Assembly: GCA_963706595.1 (NCBI GenBank)
Contig: OY970166.1
Span: forward strand, 1,056,001 to 1,120,000
Source of the DNA: an uncultured cyanobacterium
GTDB lineage: Bacteria; Cyanobacteriota; Cyanobacteriia; Cyanobacteriales; Nostocaceae
Reading direction: 5' to 3'
DNA length: 64,000 nt
How positions within the stretch are numbered: the stretch's first letter is position 1; each line of letters opens with the position of its first letter. Below, piece after piece: positions 38,981 through 48,605 of this stretch. The position numbers were made by a program, and so were the translations under genes. The notes under the pieces are model-generated. The model was not told where the DNA came from and searched no databases. It saw only the letters and a list, made by a program, of their open reading frames with translations.

Positions 38981-39332
38981 TTTAAATATTTAATTTAATT
39001 TAAAATCTTAGCAAAAAACATCATCATTTGAACATTCTCACAGAAGCGATTTGAGATTTCTGTTCATTTAATCCAAAATCCAAAATCTAAAATTATTTGA
39101 CTTGGCGTTCTTGGCTTCTTGGCGGTTCGTTATTCAAACCCAGTGCGATCGCCTCCCAGTTCGATTTTAAAGTATTTTTCATAACTCAGTAAACAGGCGA
39201 TCGCTACTCCAATCTAATTTTTATCTACTCTTTTGTCCTCTCATCGCCCAAAAATACTCTGAATGTGGCAATCTGAGAGACAGAGACTTTCAATCTGATA
39301 TTTTAACTACAGCAAATTTACCTAATTAGGTT

Positions 39333-40559
39333 ATGCAAACTCTGCCAACTCCTACAACCATTGACACCACAGCAGATCAACCCATCTTTGACACCAAAAT
39401 TCAGAGGCGTAAAACCCGACCTGTAAAAGTGGGAAATGTCACTATTGGGGGTAACTACCCAGTGGTAGTGCAGTCGATGATTAACGAGGATACACTTGAT
39501 ATTGATGGTTCCGTAGCAGCGATTCGTCGTTTACACGAAATAGGCTGTGAAATTGTCCGCGTCACAGTCCCAAGTATGGCTCATGCTAGAGTCATGGCGG
39601 AAATTAAACAAAGATTAATTAAAACTTACCAAGATGTGCCAATTGTAGCCGATGTGCATCACAATGGCCTGAAAATCGCCTTGGAAGTCGCCAAGCACAT
39701 CGAAAAAGTGCGAATTAATCCGGGGTTGTATGTGTTTGAGAAACCCAACTCCAATAGAAGCGAATACACTAAAACCGAATTTGATGAAATTGGCGACAAA
39801 ATTCGCGAAACTCTAGCACCTTTAGTAGTTTCCTTACGAGATCAAGGTAAAGCCATGCGAATTGGCGTAAATCATGGTTCTCTCGCCGAAAGAATGCTAT
39901 TTACCTACGGCGACACCCCAGAAGGAATGGTGGAATCTGCCTTAGAATTTATTCGCATTTGTGAATCTTTAGATTTCCGTAACTTGGTAATTTCCATGAA
40001 AGCCTCACGAGTGCCGGTGATGATAGCCGCTTATCGAATGATGGCTAAACGCTTGGATGAACTGGGTATGGATTATCCCTTGCATTTAGGGGTAACAGAA
40101 GCTGGCGACGGTGAATATGGACGCATTAAATCCACAGCCGGAATTGCCACATTACTAACTGATGGCATTGGTGATACAATTCGCGTCTCACTTACAGAAG
40201 CCCCAGAAAAAGAAATTCCCGTCTGTTACAGCATTCTGCAAGCTTTGGGATTGCGGAAAACAATGGTTGAGTATGTTGCTTGTCCTTCTTGTGGGCGGAC
40301 TTTATTTAATTTAGAGGAAGTTTTACACAAAGTTAGGGAAGCCACCAAGCACTTAACTGGGTTGGATGTAGCCGTAATGGGTTGCATTGTCAACGGACCG
40401 GGAGAAATGGCAGATGCCGACTACGGTTATGTTGGTAAAACACCAGGTTACATTTCTTTATATCGTGGCCGAGAAGAAATAAAAAAAGTCCCAGAAGCCC
40501 AAGGTGTTGAGGAATTGATTAACCTGATTAAGGCAGATGGACGCTGGCTAGAACCATAA
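39333..40559 (+). CDS. ispG: (E)-4-hydroxy-3-methylbut-2-enyl-diphosphate synthase
   Basis: [51 protein letters not shown]. Confidence 0.97.
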   Translation: MQTLPTPTTIDTTADQPIFDTKIQRRKTRPVKVGNVTIGGNYPVVVQSMINEDTLDIDGSVAAIRRLHEIGCEIVRVTVPSMAHARVMAEIKQRLIKTYQDVPIVADVHHNGLKIALEVAKHIEKVRINPGLYVFEKPNSNRSEYTKTEFDEIGDKIRETLAPLVVSLRDQGKAMRIGVNHGSLAERMLFTYGDTPEGMVESALEFIRICESLDFRNLVISMKASRVPVMIAAYRMMAKRLDELGMDYPLHLGVTEAGDGEYGRIKSTAGIATLLTDGIGDTIRVSLTEAPEKEIPVCYSILQALGLRKTMVEYVACPSCGRTLFNLEEVLHKVREATKHLTGLDVAVMGCIVNGPGEMADADYGYVGKTPGYISLYRGREEIKKVPEAQGVEELINLIKADGRWLEP

Positions 40560-40561
40560 AA

Positions 40562-40700
40562 GGGGAGTGGGGAGAAGAGGAACGGGGGCAGGGGGCAGGG
40601 TGCAGGGGAGAAGAGGAAAGGTTGTTAAGTAACCGGAAGTTTAAAGTAATTTCTAACTCCCCCTTGCTCCCTGCTCCCCGCTCCCCTGCCTCTTCTCCCC
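40562..40700. repeat. GC-rich composite repeat (same family as the cobD insert)
   Basis: ggggagtggggagaagaggaacgg...gttgttaagtaaccggaagtttaaagtaatttctaactccccc...ctcttctcccc. Confidence 0.88.
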
Positions 40701-40815
40701 GGATTGTCAAGTATTTTAATGAAATTAGTAACATGAGCTTGGTCTGTACAGTGTAACCCTGTGTTAGATTGGGCATACTGACGATATATTCCTCCCTCTG
40801 ACGCAGTCTGTCATT

Positions 40816-42099
40816 ATGGTGATTACAAAGAGTAGACTTGTTTTGGGTGCTACGGCGGTGACGCTTTCCACGATTGCTGTTACTAGCTTGGGCATTCACT
40901 CGCGAGGTCAAGCTTTATTTAAAGCAAGTCCCAAAGAATTGGTAGATGAGGTTTGGCAAATTGTTCAGCGCCAATATGTAGACGGTACTTTTAATCAAGT
41001 GGATTGGCTGGCTGTGCGGAAGGAGTACTTAGGCAAGTCCTACAGTAGTCAGCAAGATGCCTATACATCCATCCGGGAAATGCTGAAGAAGCTGGATGAT
41101 CCTTATACCCGGTTTATGGACCCAGAAGAGTTCAAGAATATGCAGGTGGATACTTCTGGGGAACTCACTGGTATTGGCATCACCATCAGTCAAGATGAAG
41201 AAACCAAGAAGATTGTGGTGATTTCGCCTATTGATGATACACCCGCATTTAAGGCGGGCATTTTGGCGAAGGATATCATTACAAAAATTAATGGTAAAAG
41301 CACTGAGGGGATGGATACTAACCAAGCCGTATCCCTGATTCGTGGTGAGCCAGGAACGAAAATAAACTTGACAGTTGAACGTGACGGTCAACCTAAAGAG
41401 TTTGAAATCACACGCGCCCGCATTGAAATTCATCCAGTTAAATATTCCACACAGCCAACTCCAGCAGGTAAACTCGGTTACATTCGCTTGAATCAGTTCA
41501 GCGCCAATGCTAGCCGGGAAATGCAAAGCGCGATCAGAGATTTAGAAAGGCAACGGGTAGACGGATATATTCTGGATTTACGTGGGAATCCAGGTGGTTT
41601 ACTCTTCTCTAGTGTGGAAATTGCTCGCATGTGGCTGGATAAAGGGACAATTGTTTCTACGATTGACCGCCAGGGTGAACAAGAACGGGAAGTGGCTAGG
41701 GGTCGGGCTTTGACGAATAAACCTCTGGTGGTTTTAGTTGATAAAGGATCAGCCAGCGCCAGTGAAATTCTTTCTGGAGCTTTGCAGGATAATAAACGTG
41801 CCGTTTTGGTGGGTTCTCAAACTTTCGGTAAAGGTTTAGTGCAGTCTGTGCGTCCTTTAGAAGATGGTTCGGGTTTAGCGGTGACAATTGCTAAATATAT
41901 TACTCCCAATGGTACAGATATCAATAAACACGGCGTTGACCCTGATGTGACTGTGGACTTGTCTGATGAGCAACGTGAGGAATTATGGCTGAAACAGCGT
42001 GAAAAACTGGCTACTCTAGCAGACCCTCAATTTGCTAAAGCTGTAGAAGTTTTGGGTAAACAAATTGCTGGTAGAGGTCTAACGAGTTCAGAGAAATAG
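40816..42099 (+). CDS. ctpC: Carboxyl-terminal processing protease (S41), probably CtpC
   Basis: DPYTRF, PDZ, LDLRGNPGG, SASASEI, TFGKGLVQ. Paralogue assigned from the recalled MVITK..LVLGATA N-terminus and position after ispG. Confidence 0.82.
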   Translation: MVITKSRLVLGATAVTLSTIAVTSLGIHSRGQALFKASPKELVDEVWQIVQRQYVDGTFNQVDWLAVRKEYLGKSYSSQQDAYTSIREMLKKLDDPYTRFMDPEEFKNMQVDTSGELTGIGITISQDEETKKIVVISPIDDTPAFKAGILAKDIITKINGKSTEGMDTNQAVSLIRGEPGTKINLTVERDGQPKEFEITRARIEIHPVKYSTQPTPAGKLGYIRLNQFSANASREMQSAIRDLERQRVDGYILDLRGNPGGLLFSSVEIARMWLDKGTIVSTIDRQGEQEREVARGRALTNKPLVVLVDKGSASASEILSGALQDNKRAVLVGSQTFGKGLVQSVRPLEDGSGLAVTIAKYITPNGTDINKHGVDPDVTVDLSDEQREELWLKQREKLATLADPQFAKAVEVLGKQIAGRGLTSSEK

Positions 42100-42234
42100 T
42101 GAATTTATGGCTGATGCTAAAGGGGTGTAAGGTTTTGCGCCCCTTCGTATCAGGGTTTTCCTAGAAATAAATTAGAGATCGACTTAATTTAAATATGCTT
42201 TTTCCAAAACCCTTGTAGAAACGTTTCATGGAAC

Positions 42235-42378
42235 GTCTCTACTTTGTGGAATATTTGACATACCTCCTCTTCCTGAAGGAGAGAGGATTCCTTAACGCTT
42301 CATTGGGTTGTGCTATCGAAATAGTCTTACCATCCCTCGACGTTCGTTTAAAGTCTCCCAATGCCCTATGGCGACTAT
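42235..42378 (-). ncRNA. Putative TnpB omegaRNA (reRNA) scaffold plus about 20-nt flanking guide
   Basis: CATTGGG/CCCAATG and AACG/CGTT pairings, terminal right-end hairpin ending TCAA, extended -10 TGGTAAAAT just upstream. Inference from family architecture. Confidence 0.55.
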
Positions 42379-42460
42379 ATTCCCATTTTACCAGAAAGCC
42401 GTCCTCAAAGGCTTGTACTGAGCTTGTCGAAGTGACGGGGCTTGTATCCCGTTATTCTCG
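42255..42460 (-). mobile_element. Non-autonomous IS200/IS605-family mini-element (no tnpA, no tnpB)
   Basis: Minus strand: TTGAC|CGAGAATAACGGGATACAAGCCCCGTC...GAGGACGGCTT left-end hairpin; right end GAATCCTCTCTCCTTCAGGAAGAGGAGGTATGTCAA. Confidence 0.8.
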
Positions 42461-42541
42461 GTCAATCTGTCCTCCCGATTGCGGTAAAGTGGCAAATATA
42501 GCAATGGATAAGGGCGTTAGGATATACACTGATAATAAAAC

Positions 42542-42665
42542 TTAGACACCAAGATGCTGTGAGTATCGGTAGGGGCGGGTTCATAGATATCATTCAACAT
42601 CAACGAGGATATTAGTAAACCCGCCCCTACTGTGAATTTGTTTTGGAATTTTGTCATGTCCTAAG
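42542..42665. mobile_element. Probable MITE containing a GTAG-type REP hairpin
   Basis: ttagacac...tgtcctaa outer ends; gtaggggcgggtt...aacccgcccctac stem. Confidence 0.55.
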
Positions 42666-42710
42666 CGCCCTGTCCGTTGCACATAACGGTGCATCTAGGA
42701 GGAAAATTTT

Positions 42711-43718
42711 GTGAAAGCAGTTTTAATGACAGCAGCTGGTAGTCCTGAAGTTCTGCAATTACAGGATGTGCCAAAACCTACTTTACCTTTAGGAAATAGT
42801 GAGCTTTTAGTCCGTTTAGTAGCGGCTGGTGTTAACCCCATTGATATAAAACTCCGTCAGCGAGGCACTTTTTATCCTGAGCAAATGCCGGCGATTTTAG
42901 GCTGTGATGGTGCTGGAATTGTTGAGGCTGTGGGTGTTGGTGTTGAAAGATTTCGCGTAGGTGATGAGGTGTTTTTTTGCTATGGTGGCTTGGGCGCACA
43001 TCAGGGTAATTACGCTGAATATACTGTAGTTGATGAAAGGTTTGTGGCACGTAAACCGGCTTCAGTCTCTTTTGCAGAAGCCGCCGCAGCGCCTCTGGTA
43101 TTAATTACTGCGTGGGAAGCTTTGTATGAACGGGGGAGGTTAGCACCTGGAGAACGGGTGTTAATTCATGCGGGTGCTGGTGGTGTTGGTCATGTAGCGA
43201 TACAATTAGCAAAACTGAAGGGTGCTTCTGTCTGCACTACTGTGAGTTCTCAGGAAAAGGCTAATTTTGTGAAAGCACTCGGTGCTGATGAGGTAATTTT
43301 TTACAAAGAAACAGATTTTGTCAATGCGGTGTTAAGTTGGACTGGTGGTGAAGGTGTAGATTTAGCTTTTGATACTGTGGGCGGTGAAACTTTTCACAAA
43401 ACTTTTCCGGCTGTGCGGGTATATGGGGATATTGTGACGATTCTGGAACCAAAGGCTGATACTGTTTGGAAGGCTGCTAGATTACGTAATCTCCGCGTTG
43501 GGTTGGAATTAATGCTGACTCCGATGTTGGAAGGTTTGGAGGAGTGTCTGAAGCATCATGGGGAAATTTTGGCGCAGTGTGCTACTTGGATGGATGAAGG
43601 GAAGTTGAAAGTTGAGGTGAGTCATCGCTTTCCTTTGGCGGAAGCGGCTCAGGCTCATCAAGTTCTTGAGTCTGGTGCGATGATTGGTAAGGTTGTTCTG
43701 TTAATGAGTGATGAGTGA
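42711..43718 (+). CDS. MDR-family (zinc-binding dehydrogenase / quinone oxidoreductase) protein
   Basis: AAGVNPID, ILGCDGAG, VLIHAGAGGVGHVAIQLAK, GKVVL. Confidence 0.92.
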   Translation: MKAVLMTAAGSPEVLQLQDVPKPTLPLGNSELLVRLVAAGVNPIDIKLRQRGTFYPEQMPAILGCDGAGIVEAVGVGVERFRVGDEVFFCYGGLGAHQGNYAEYTVVDERFVARKPASVSFAEAAAAPLVLITAWEALYERGRLAPGERVLIHAGAGGVGHVAIQLAKLKGASVCTTVSSQEKANFVKALGADEVIFYKETDFVNAVLSWTGGEGVDLAFDTVGGETFHKTFPAVRVYGDIVTILEPKADTVWKAARLRNLRVGLELMLTPMLEGLEECLKHHGEILAQCATWMDEGKLKVEVSHRFPLAEAAQAHQVLESGAMIGKVVLLMSDE

Positions 43719-43774
43719 TTGAATTTTTTTTTAAACGCAAAGGGGCGCGGAGGGAACCGCAAAGGGGCGCAGAG

Positions 43775-45952
43775 ATGAAATTATATTTATCTCTGCGTTG
43801 GGTTTGTATGTATGTCTGCGTTATATTAGTTCTACTTTTCTTTTCTTTACCTGCTGGGGCGATCGCAAGTCAACCAGAACGCACTTCTTTAAGTCTGGAG
43901 TTGTTGCAGGAACGATTGCAAGCTCCGGTAATTCGTGAGGGTAATTTGACTGTGGATTTACGGGATATGGTGATTGATTTGCGACCAGAAAATAGGGAAT
44001 TTCGGGATGAGTTTTACCAGTTGCTACGAAAGGAGTTACAAAAGTCGGGGACGAAACCTTTGGGTTTAGACTTGAGTAATTCTCTGATTCAGGGGAATTT
44101 TGTGGGTAGCGATTTGGGTTTGAGAACTCCTCTCTATGCTCCTATTTTGACGAGTGGTGAACAAGCCCAATTGTCACGTTTGCGTTTTGTTTGTTTGCAG
44201 TCTTTAGGAATCGCTTTACCTAATTCTAAGGACTGTCGCGCCCTTTTGGGAAGTCAGCCGACAGCATCTAGTGAAATCAACATCTTTCGTGGTTCTTTAA
44301 TTCTAGTAAAAACTCGCTTTAATGGGGAAGTACAGTTTCCTAATACTTTCTTTTTTCAGCCTGTGAATGCCAAAAATGCTATTTTTTTACAAGCTACTAA
44401 CTGGGCTGAAACTAGGTTTAGCCGTTCGGTACGTTTCACTGGGGCTAATTTTCGGCAATTAAGTAATTTTCAAACGAGTGTTTTTTTTGAGAAGGTTAAT
44501 TTTGAGCAGGTGCAATTTCAGGAAAGGGCTGATTTCCAAGATAGCACTTTTGAAGAGTCTACTAAATTTAATGAGGCTAGTTTTCAGCAATCAGCTAAAT
44601 TTAATCGGGCGCAATGGCGAGGGAATATTGATTTTTCTGGTGTGCAATTTGCTGATACTGCACAGTTTACTCAGGCGAATTTTTATCAGGATGTTTCGCT
44701 CACGGAAGCTATTTTTGAGCAAGCTGTAATTTTTCAAGAAGCTATTTTTAAGCAAGCTGTAAATTTACGTGGGGCTAGTATTTTTAACCAAGCCGATTTT
44801 AGCGATGCGCGGTTTGCTAAAGAGGCTTTTTTAAATGTCCCTGGTTTAACTTTTAATTCTAACCAAGGCAAGATTTTAGGAAATCCCGGCGAAATTGGCA
44901 AGATGTTTCGTGTTCCGACTTCCCAAGGGAATCAAAGTATTTTGCGGAATTTGGGGCAGAATTTCCGTCAGCAGCAGCAAATAGCGGATGCTAATCAGTT
45001 GGAGTATACAAAACAAAAACTGCAATTGCGGGAGTTAAGCCATCGTTTGGTGGATTGGAATATTAATAATGTTACGCAAAAAAGTTTGATTAATTTGGGT
45101 TTTAGTGTGGCTCAGGCGGATGCGATCGCACATCGTCGGATGATTGAACCATTTCGCAATAGCAGCGACTTATTAAGTTTACCAGATATCGATTTAGAAA
45201 CATACAATCAATTGAGCGATCGCCTCGTAATTGCTGAACCTCTTTCCCCTGGTAGTTGGTTCTTACAAGCTGCAAGATGGTTGGCTTTGAGTGTACTATT
45301 GTTGCTTAGTGGCTATGGTACCAGCTTTTGGTTAGTCTTTGGCGTGGGCGGAGTCGCGATCGCTTACTTCGGCGGTTTATTTTGGCTTGTTGATCGCTAT
45401 CGCCGTTTACATCCAGTAGCAATTATTCCTACATACCATGAAACTATGTGGATGTTCACTGGTTTCAGTATTTTAACCCTCTTGAGTTTATTAGCTATCT
45501 TTCGTAATGCTGAACAACCTTGGCTGACTCTCGCTTGTCTTTTAATAATTATTGTCCCCTTACCGATAACTTTATTAATCCGACTTTACCAACAAGGCCG
45601 CTATCACGATTTAATGGATATTTCTTATTTCACAGAAGACGGTACTTTCCGGCAATTACGCTTATTAATTGGACGATTACCAGTCATCCCAAGATATCAA
45701 ATGTTTCGGGAACGATATATGCATTTGTTATGGAATCGCCGTTGGAACTGGCTGAATTATTACGATTTTAGTTTGAACAATTTAGTCAGGCTAGGATTTA
45801 ACGATATTCGCCTGCGAGATGAACATTTACCGGGTATCATCGCCACACTTGCTTGGTATCAGTGGAGTTTGGGTATACTTTACATTACCCTAGTCTTGTG
45901 GACTCTTTCTCGCACTATTCCCGGATTAAATTTACTAATTTATCTCAAGTAA
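43775..45952 (+). CDS. Pentapeptide-repeat membrane protein with HhH-like insert and channel-like C-terminus
   Basis: Long F-x4 repeats (VRFTGANFRQLSNFQ...), ComEA-like segment, several TM helices. The upstream TTG/GTG extension from 43715 runs through a repeat. Confidence 0.85.
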   Translation: MKLYLSLRWVCMYVCVILVLLFFSLPAGAIASQPERTSLSLELLQERLQAPVIREGNLTVDLRDMVIDLRPENREFRDEFYQLLRKELQKSGTKPLGLDLSNSLIQGNFVGSDLGLRTPLYAPILTSGEQAQLSRLRFVCLQSLGIALPNSKDCRALLGSQPTASSEINIFRGSLILVKTRFNGEVQFPNTFFFQPVNAKNAIFLQATNWAETRFSRSVRFTGANFRQLSNFQTSVFFEKVNFEQVQFQERADFQDSTFEESTKFNEASFQQSAKFNRAQWRGNIDFSGVQFADTAQFTQANFYQDVSLTEAIFEQAVIFQEAIFKQAVNLRGASIFNQADFSDARFAKEAFLNVPGLTFNSNQGKILGNPGEIGKMFRVPTSQGNQSILRNLGQNFRQQQQIADANQLEYTKQKLQLRELSHRLVDWNINNVTQKSLINLGFSVAQADAIAHRRMIEPFRNSSDLLSLPDIDLETYNQLSDRLVIAEPLSPGSWFLQAARWLALSVLLLLSGYGTSFWLVFGVGGVAIAYFGGLFWLVDRYRRLHPVAIIPTYHETMWMFTGFSILTLLSLLAIFRNAEQPWLTLACLLIIIVPLPITLLIRLYQQGRYHDLMDISYFTEDGTFRQLRLLIGRLPVIPRYQMFRERYMHLLWNRRWNWLNYYDFSLNNLVRLGFNDIRLRDEHLPGIIATLAWYQWSLGILYITLVLWTLSRTIPGLNLLIYLK

Positions 45953-46090
45953 TGTGCAACATCAAACTAAGATAAATTACTTCATGCAGAGACATAAGAT
46001 AAATCCCATACTAGGGGTAGTGTTACGCAATCTGCGATAGATGCAAACTTAATAGTATAGTTTAGCTGTGTTCTACTCCAGAAGACATTT

Positions 46091-46480
46091 ATGATTGACC
46101 ATATTGGGATTAACGTTAGTGACTTTGAGCATAGCAAGAATTTTTATGCCGTTGCCTTAGCTCCATTGGGATATGAGTTAGTCAAAGAGTACGATCATAC
46201 CGCAACTGGGATTAAATATGCAGCTGGTTTTGGCAGAGATGGAAAAGCTGACTTTTGGATTGTTGATGGGGAAGTCAACATTCCACAAATTCATGTAGCT
46301 TTCACAGTTGAATCCTGCGAGAAGGTTAACGCTTTTTACACAAATGCGATCAATGAGGGTGGTAGAGATAATGGCGCACCAAGTTGGCGATCGCATTATT
46401 ACCATTCCCAATACTATGGAGCGTTGGTTTTAGATCCAGATGGTCACAACATTGAAGCAGTATGTTATGCACTGTCATAA
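46091..46480 (+). CDS. VOC / glyoxalase family protein
   Basis: MIDHIGINVSD..SKNFY..ALAPLG, HVAF, GGRDNGAP, LDPDGHNIEAV. Confidence 0.92.
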   Translation: MIDHIGINVSDFEHSKNFYAVALAPLGYELVKEYDHTATGIKYAAGFGRDGKADFWIVDGEVNIPQIHVAFTVESCEKVNAFYTNAINEGGRDNGAPSWRSHYYHSQYYGALVLDPDGHNIEAVCYALS

Positions 46481-46532
46481 TCAGTAATGTAAAGGTAGCA
46501 CTCAAACGGAAGCGATCGCCTCGTAATTGCTG

Positions 46533-46623
46533 ATTATATAAGGTACTCTTAGCCCCCTCATCGCTTGCGGGGAGGGGGTTGGGGGTGGGGTTCTTGTACC
46601 TCATAACACCGGGAAGTGCTGTA
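46533..46623. mobile_element. Truncated MITE with REP-like hairpin (left end lost)
   Basis: Essentially identical to 23671-23761 but lacking the left TIR. Confidence 0.75.
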
Positions 46624-46698
46624 TTGTCTGGTTTTAGCTTTTTAACACTCTTTAGCTTATTAGCCATCTTCCGTAATGCTGAACAACCTTGGCGGACA

Positions 46699-46823
46699 CT
46701 AGTACAAGTCGGCGTAAATAAACACACCATTCAAAATCCATGAAAAGCCCATTTTATAAGCTTTTTGACTTTTGACTTTTGACTTTTGACTTTTGACTTT
46801 TGACTTCCGCCTTGCGGTACTAG
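46699..46823. mobile_element. MITE bounded by CTAGTAC...GTACTAG with an internal TTTTGAC array
   Basis: Interrupts the pseudogene; CTAG present on both sides; homology to the intact gene resumes immediately after. Confidence 0.8.
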
Positions 46824-47294
46824 GGTGTCTTTTAATAATTATTGTTCCCTTACCTGTAATTTTATTAATGCGACTTTATCAACAAGGCCGCTATCACAAT
46901 TTAATTGATGTTTCTTATTTCACAGAAGATGGTACTTTTCGACAATTAAGATGATTAATTGGGCGATTACCAGTCATACCTAGAAATCAGACATTCCGCG
47001 AACGATATATGCCTCTTTGATGGAATAGTCGTTGGAATTGGTTAAATTACTACGACTTTAGCCTGAACAACTTAGTCAAATTAGGATTTAATGATATTTG
47101 CCTGCGAGATGAACACTTATCCGGTATCATCTCCACACTTGCGTGGTATCAGTGGAGTTTGGGAGTAATTTAGATCACCCTAGTCTTGTGGACTCTTTCT
47201 CGCACTATACCCGGATTGAATTTACTGATGTATCTCAAGTAATATCTGCGCTATTCTTGCCTATAGATCCAAATTTATTGTGCCATCACAGTAT

Positions 47295-47621
47295 TCAGTT
47301 ACTAGTGTAATTAGTCACAATAATTGCAGTATAAGTATTAAAACTAAAGGAGCGAGATGTTTCGTTATCAGTTCTGGCGAAGGATTTAGCTCGTGCAGAT
47401 GCTACGCCAATAGTCAGGTTTGGGAAATCTCTCACCGTTGATCGAGTGTAAGTATCAGTAGCAGTCTGACGACCTCTAGCAGATGCTATAGCAGTATAGC
47501 CCAAAGATTCAGGCTCTCTGGAGATAGAGGTTTCAGCATAGGTATTACCACCTTTTACAGTATTAGTCTCAGCAACTAGCTGTATATAACTTAAGTCTGC
47601 AATGATTAGTCGCTTTTTCAC
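47295..47621 (-). CDS. Small secreted protein with double-glycine leader (Thr/Ser/Ala-rich core)
   Basis: GTG start with AAGGA RBS; leader IIADLSYIQLVAETNTVKGG. Confidence 0.8.
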   Translation of the reverse strand: MKKRLIIADLSYIQLVAETNTVKGGNTYAETSISREPESLGYTAIASARGRQTATDTYTRSTVRDFPNLTIGVASARAKSFARTDNETSRSFSFNTYTAIIVTNYTSN

Positions 47622-47732
47622 AACTTCCTTAATTTAGTAAATTGGGGTCATTTTTTCCAACTGGATCGGCGATTTTCTGCCCACTAATGATTTGTGAATA
47701 TGGGTAAATTCTCGCCGCCAACCAGTTGCTGT

Positions 47733-47804
47733 GTTGAATGCTTCGTAGTTGTTAGCCTAACTATGAATTACAACTTAATTAGATAGACTACGAAGCAAAT
47801 CAAC
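47733..47804 (-). terminator. Long stem-loop directly 3' of the 113-aa precursor gene
   Basis: gttgaatgcttcgtagt ... actacgaagcaaatcaac inverted arms. Confidence 0.55.
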
Positions 47805-47814
47805 AAGTTGTTAT

Positions 47815-48156
47815 TTATAAGCTAATCAAAGCAGCAGAACTACTAGATGAGAAGGAATTACCGTAGTAATCTGTAACAGCCAATGTGTCTGCCTTAGTGT
47901 AGCTATAAGCATGATATTCACCAACATCTGCTACACCTTTAGCACCAGCAGAAGCACTGATGTTATGAACATCTTCAGGTGCTTTGATGATTGTTGTAAA
48001 TTTATTTGTGGTATCGAATGTAGTTTCTACTTTGTCATTTTGATAGTAGGATAAATTCCGATTGCCCCTATCTCTTTTCCCTTTTTTCTCACCACCACCT
48101 TGAATTTTAGATGCTTCTTGAATATTTTCTAAAATGCTTAAATCAGAAATGTTCAT
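47815..48156 (-). CDS. Small secreted protein with double-glycine leader
   Basis: Leader MNISDLSILENIQEASKIQGG; core ends ...SASAGAKGVAD...YSYTKADTLAVT...SFSSSSSAALISL. Confidence 0.85.
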   Translation of the reverse strand: MNISDLSILENIQEASKIQGGGEKKGKRDRGNRNLSYYQNDKVETTFDTTNKFTTIIKAPEDVHNISASAGAKGVADVGEYHAYSYTKADTLAVTDYYGNSFSSSSSAALISL

Positions 48157-48217
48157 GATTTATTCTTAGTAATTTTCTAGTTGGTTTAGGGATTTTATTA
48201 TAACCAATTCGCTTTGA

Positions 48218-48260
48218 TTGGCTATGTTTATATAATAGCTAATTACCTCAAGAAAGTAAC
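48218..48260 (-). promoter_or_regulatory. Putative promoter of the 113-aa precursor
   Basis: GTTACT-N17-TATTAT-ATAAACATAGCCAA; the AAACATAGCCAA block is shared with 48904-48945. Confidence 0.55.
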
Positions 48261-48605
48261 TGATTTATTTTTTGTTTTTACCGAAAAATAATTCAAATAA
48301 TTATTTTTATATACTCAATTTATAGGCAAATCTTTGCAGTTTAGTTTAGTAAGTTTCGATATTTTGAATGAAAATAAAAAAATATTGCTGGAACGCTTTT
48401 TAGCTATTCCAACAATATTTGTACTGCCTGATTACAATATGAAATTGACGGGCTTAATCTCAATCATAGGAGAACTACAAGCAAAGATTAAGTTAAAAAT
48501 CCAGACAAAACCCAACCAAAAATGGTTTTATTTATTCTGAGAATCGGGATCAATTTCAAATTGCTGACAGTTTTTTTTGCCAATTGTACTATTTCTTGCA
48601 GTCCA

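Larger units (their letters stand above)
46511..47242 (+). pseudogene. Degenerate duplicate of the 3' end of the pentapeptide-repeat gene
   Basis: 46511-46533 equals 45215-45237; 46628-47242 is collinear with about 45459-45952; in-frame stops at 46952, 47018 and 47171; two MITEs inside. Confidence 0.92.

Noticed and set aside
42228..42545. 105-aa plus-strand ORF
   Set aside because: Runs antisense through the IS200/IS605 mini-element and REP repeats; no protein motifs.
46350..46730. 126-aa minus-strand ORF
   Set aside because: Chimeric reading across the VOC antisense strand, MITEs and pseudogene.
45459..47242. Diversity-generating retroelement (template/variable repeat pair)
   Set aside because: Differences are not adenine-specific, many are synonymous, and no reverse transcriptase is in the window.
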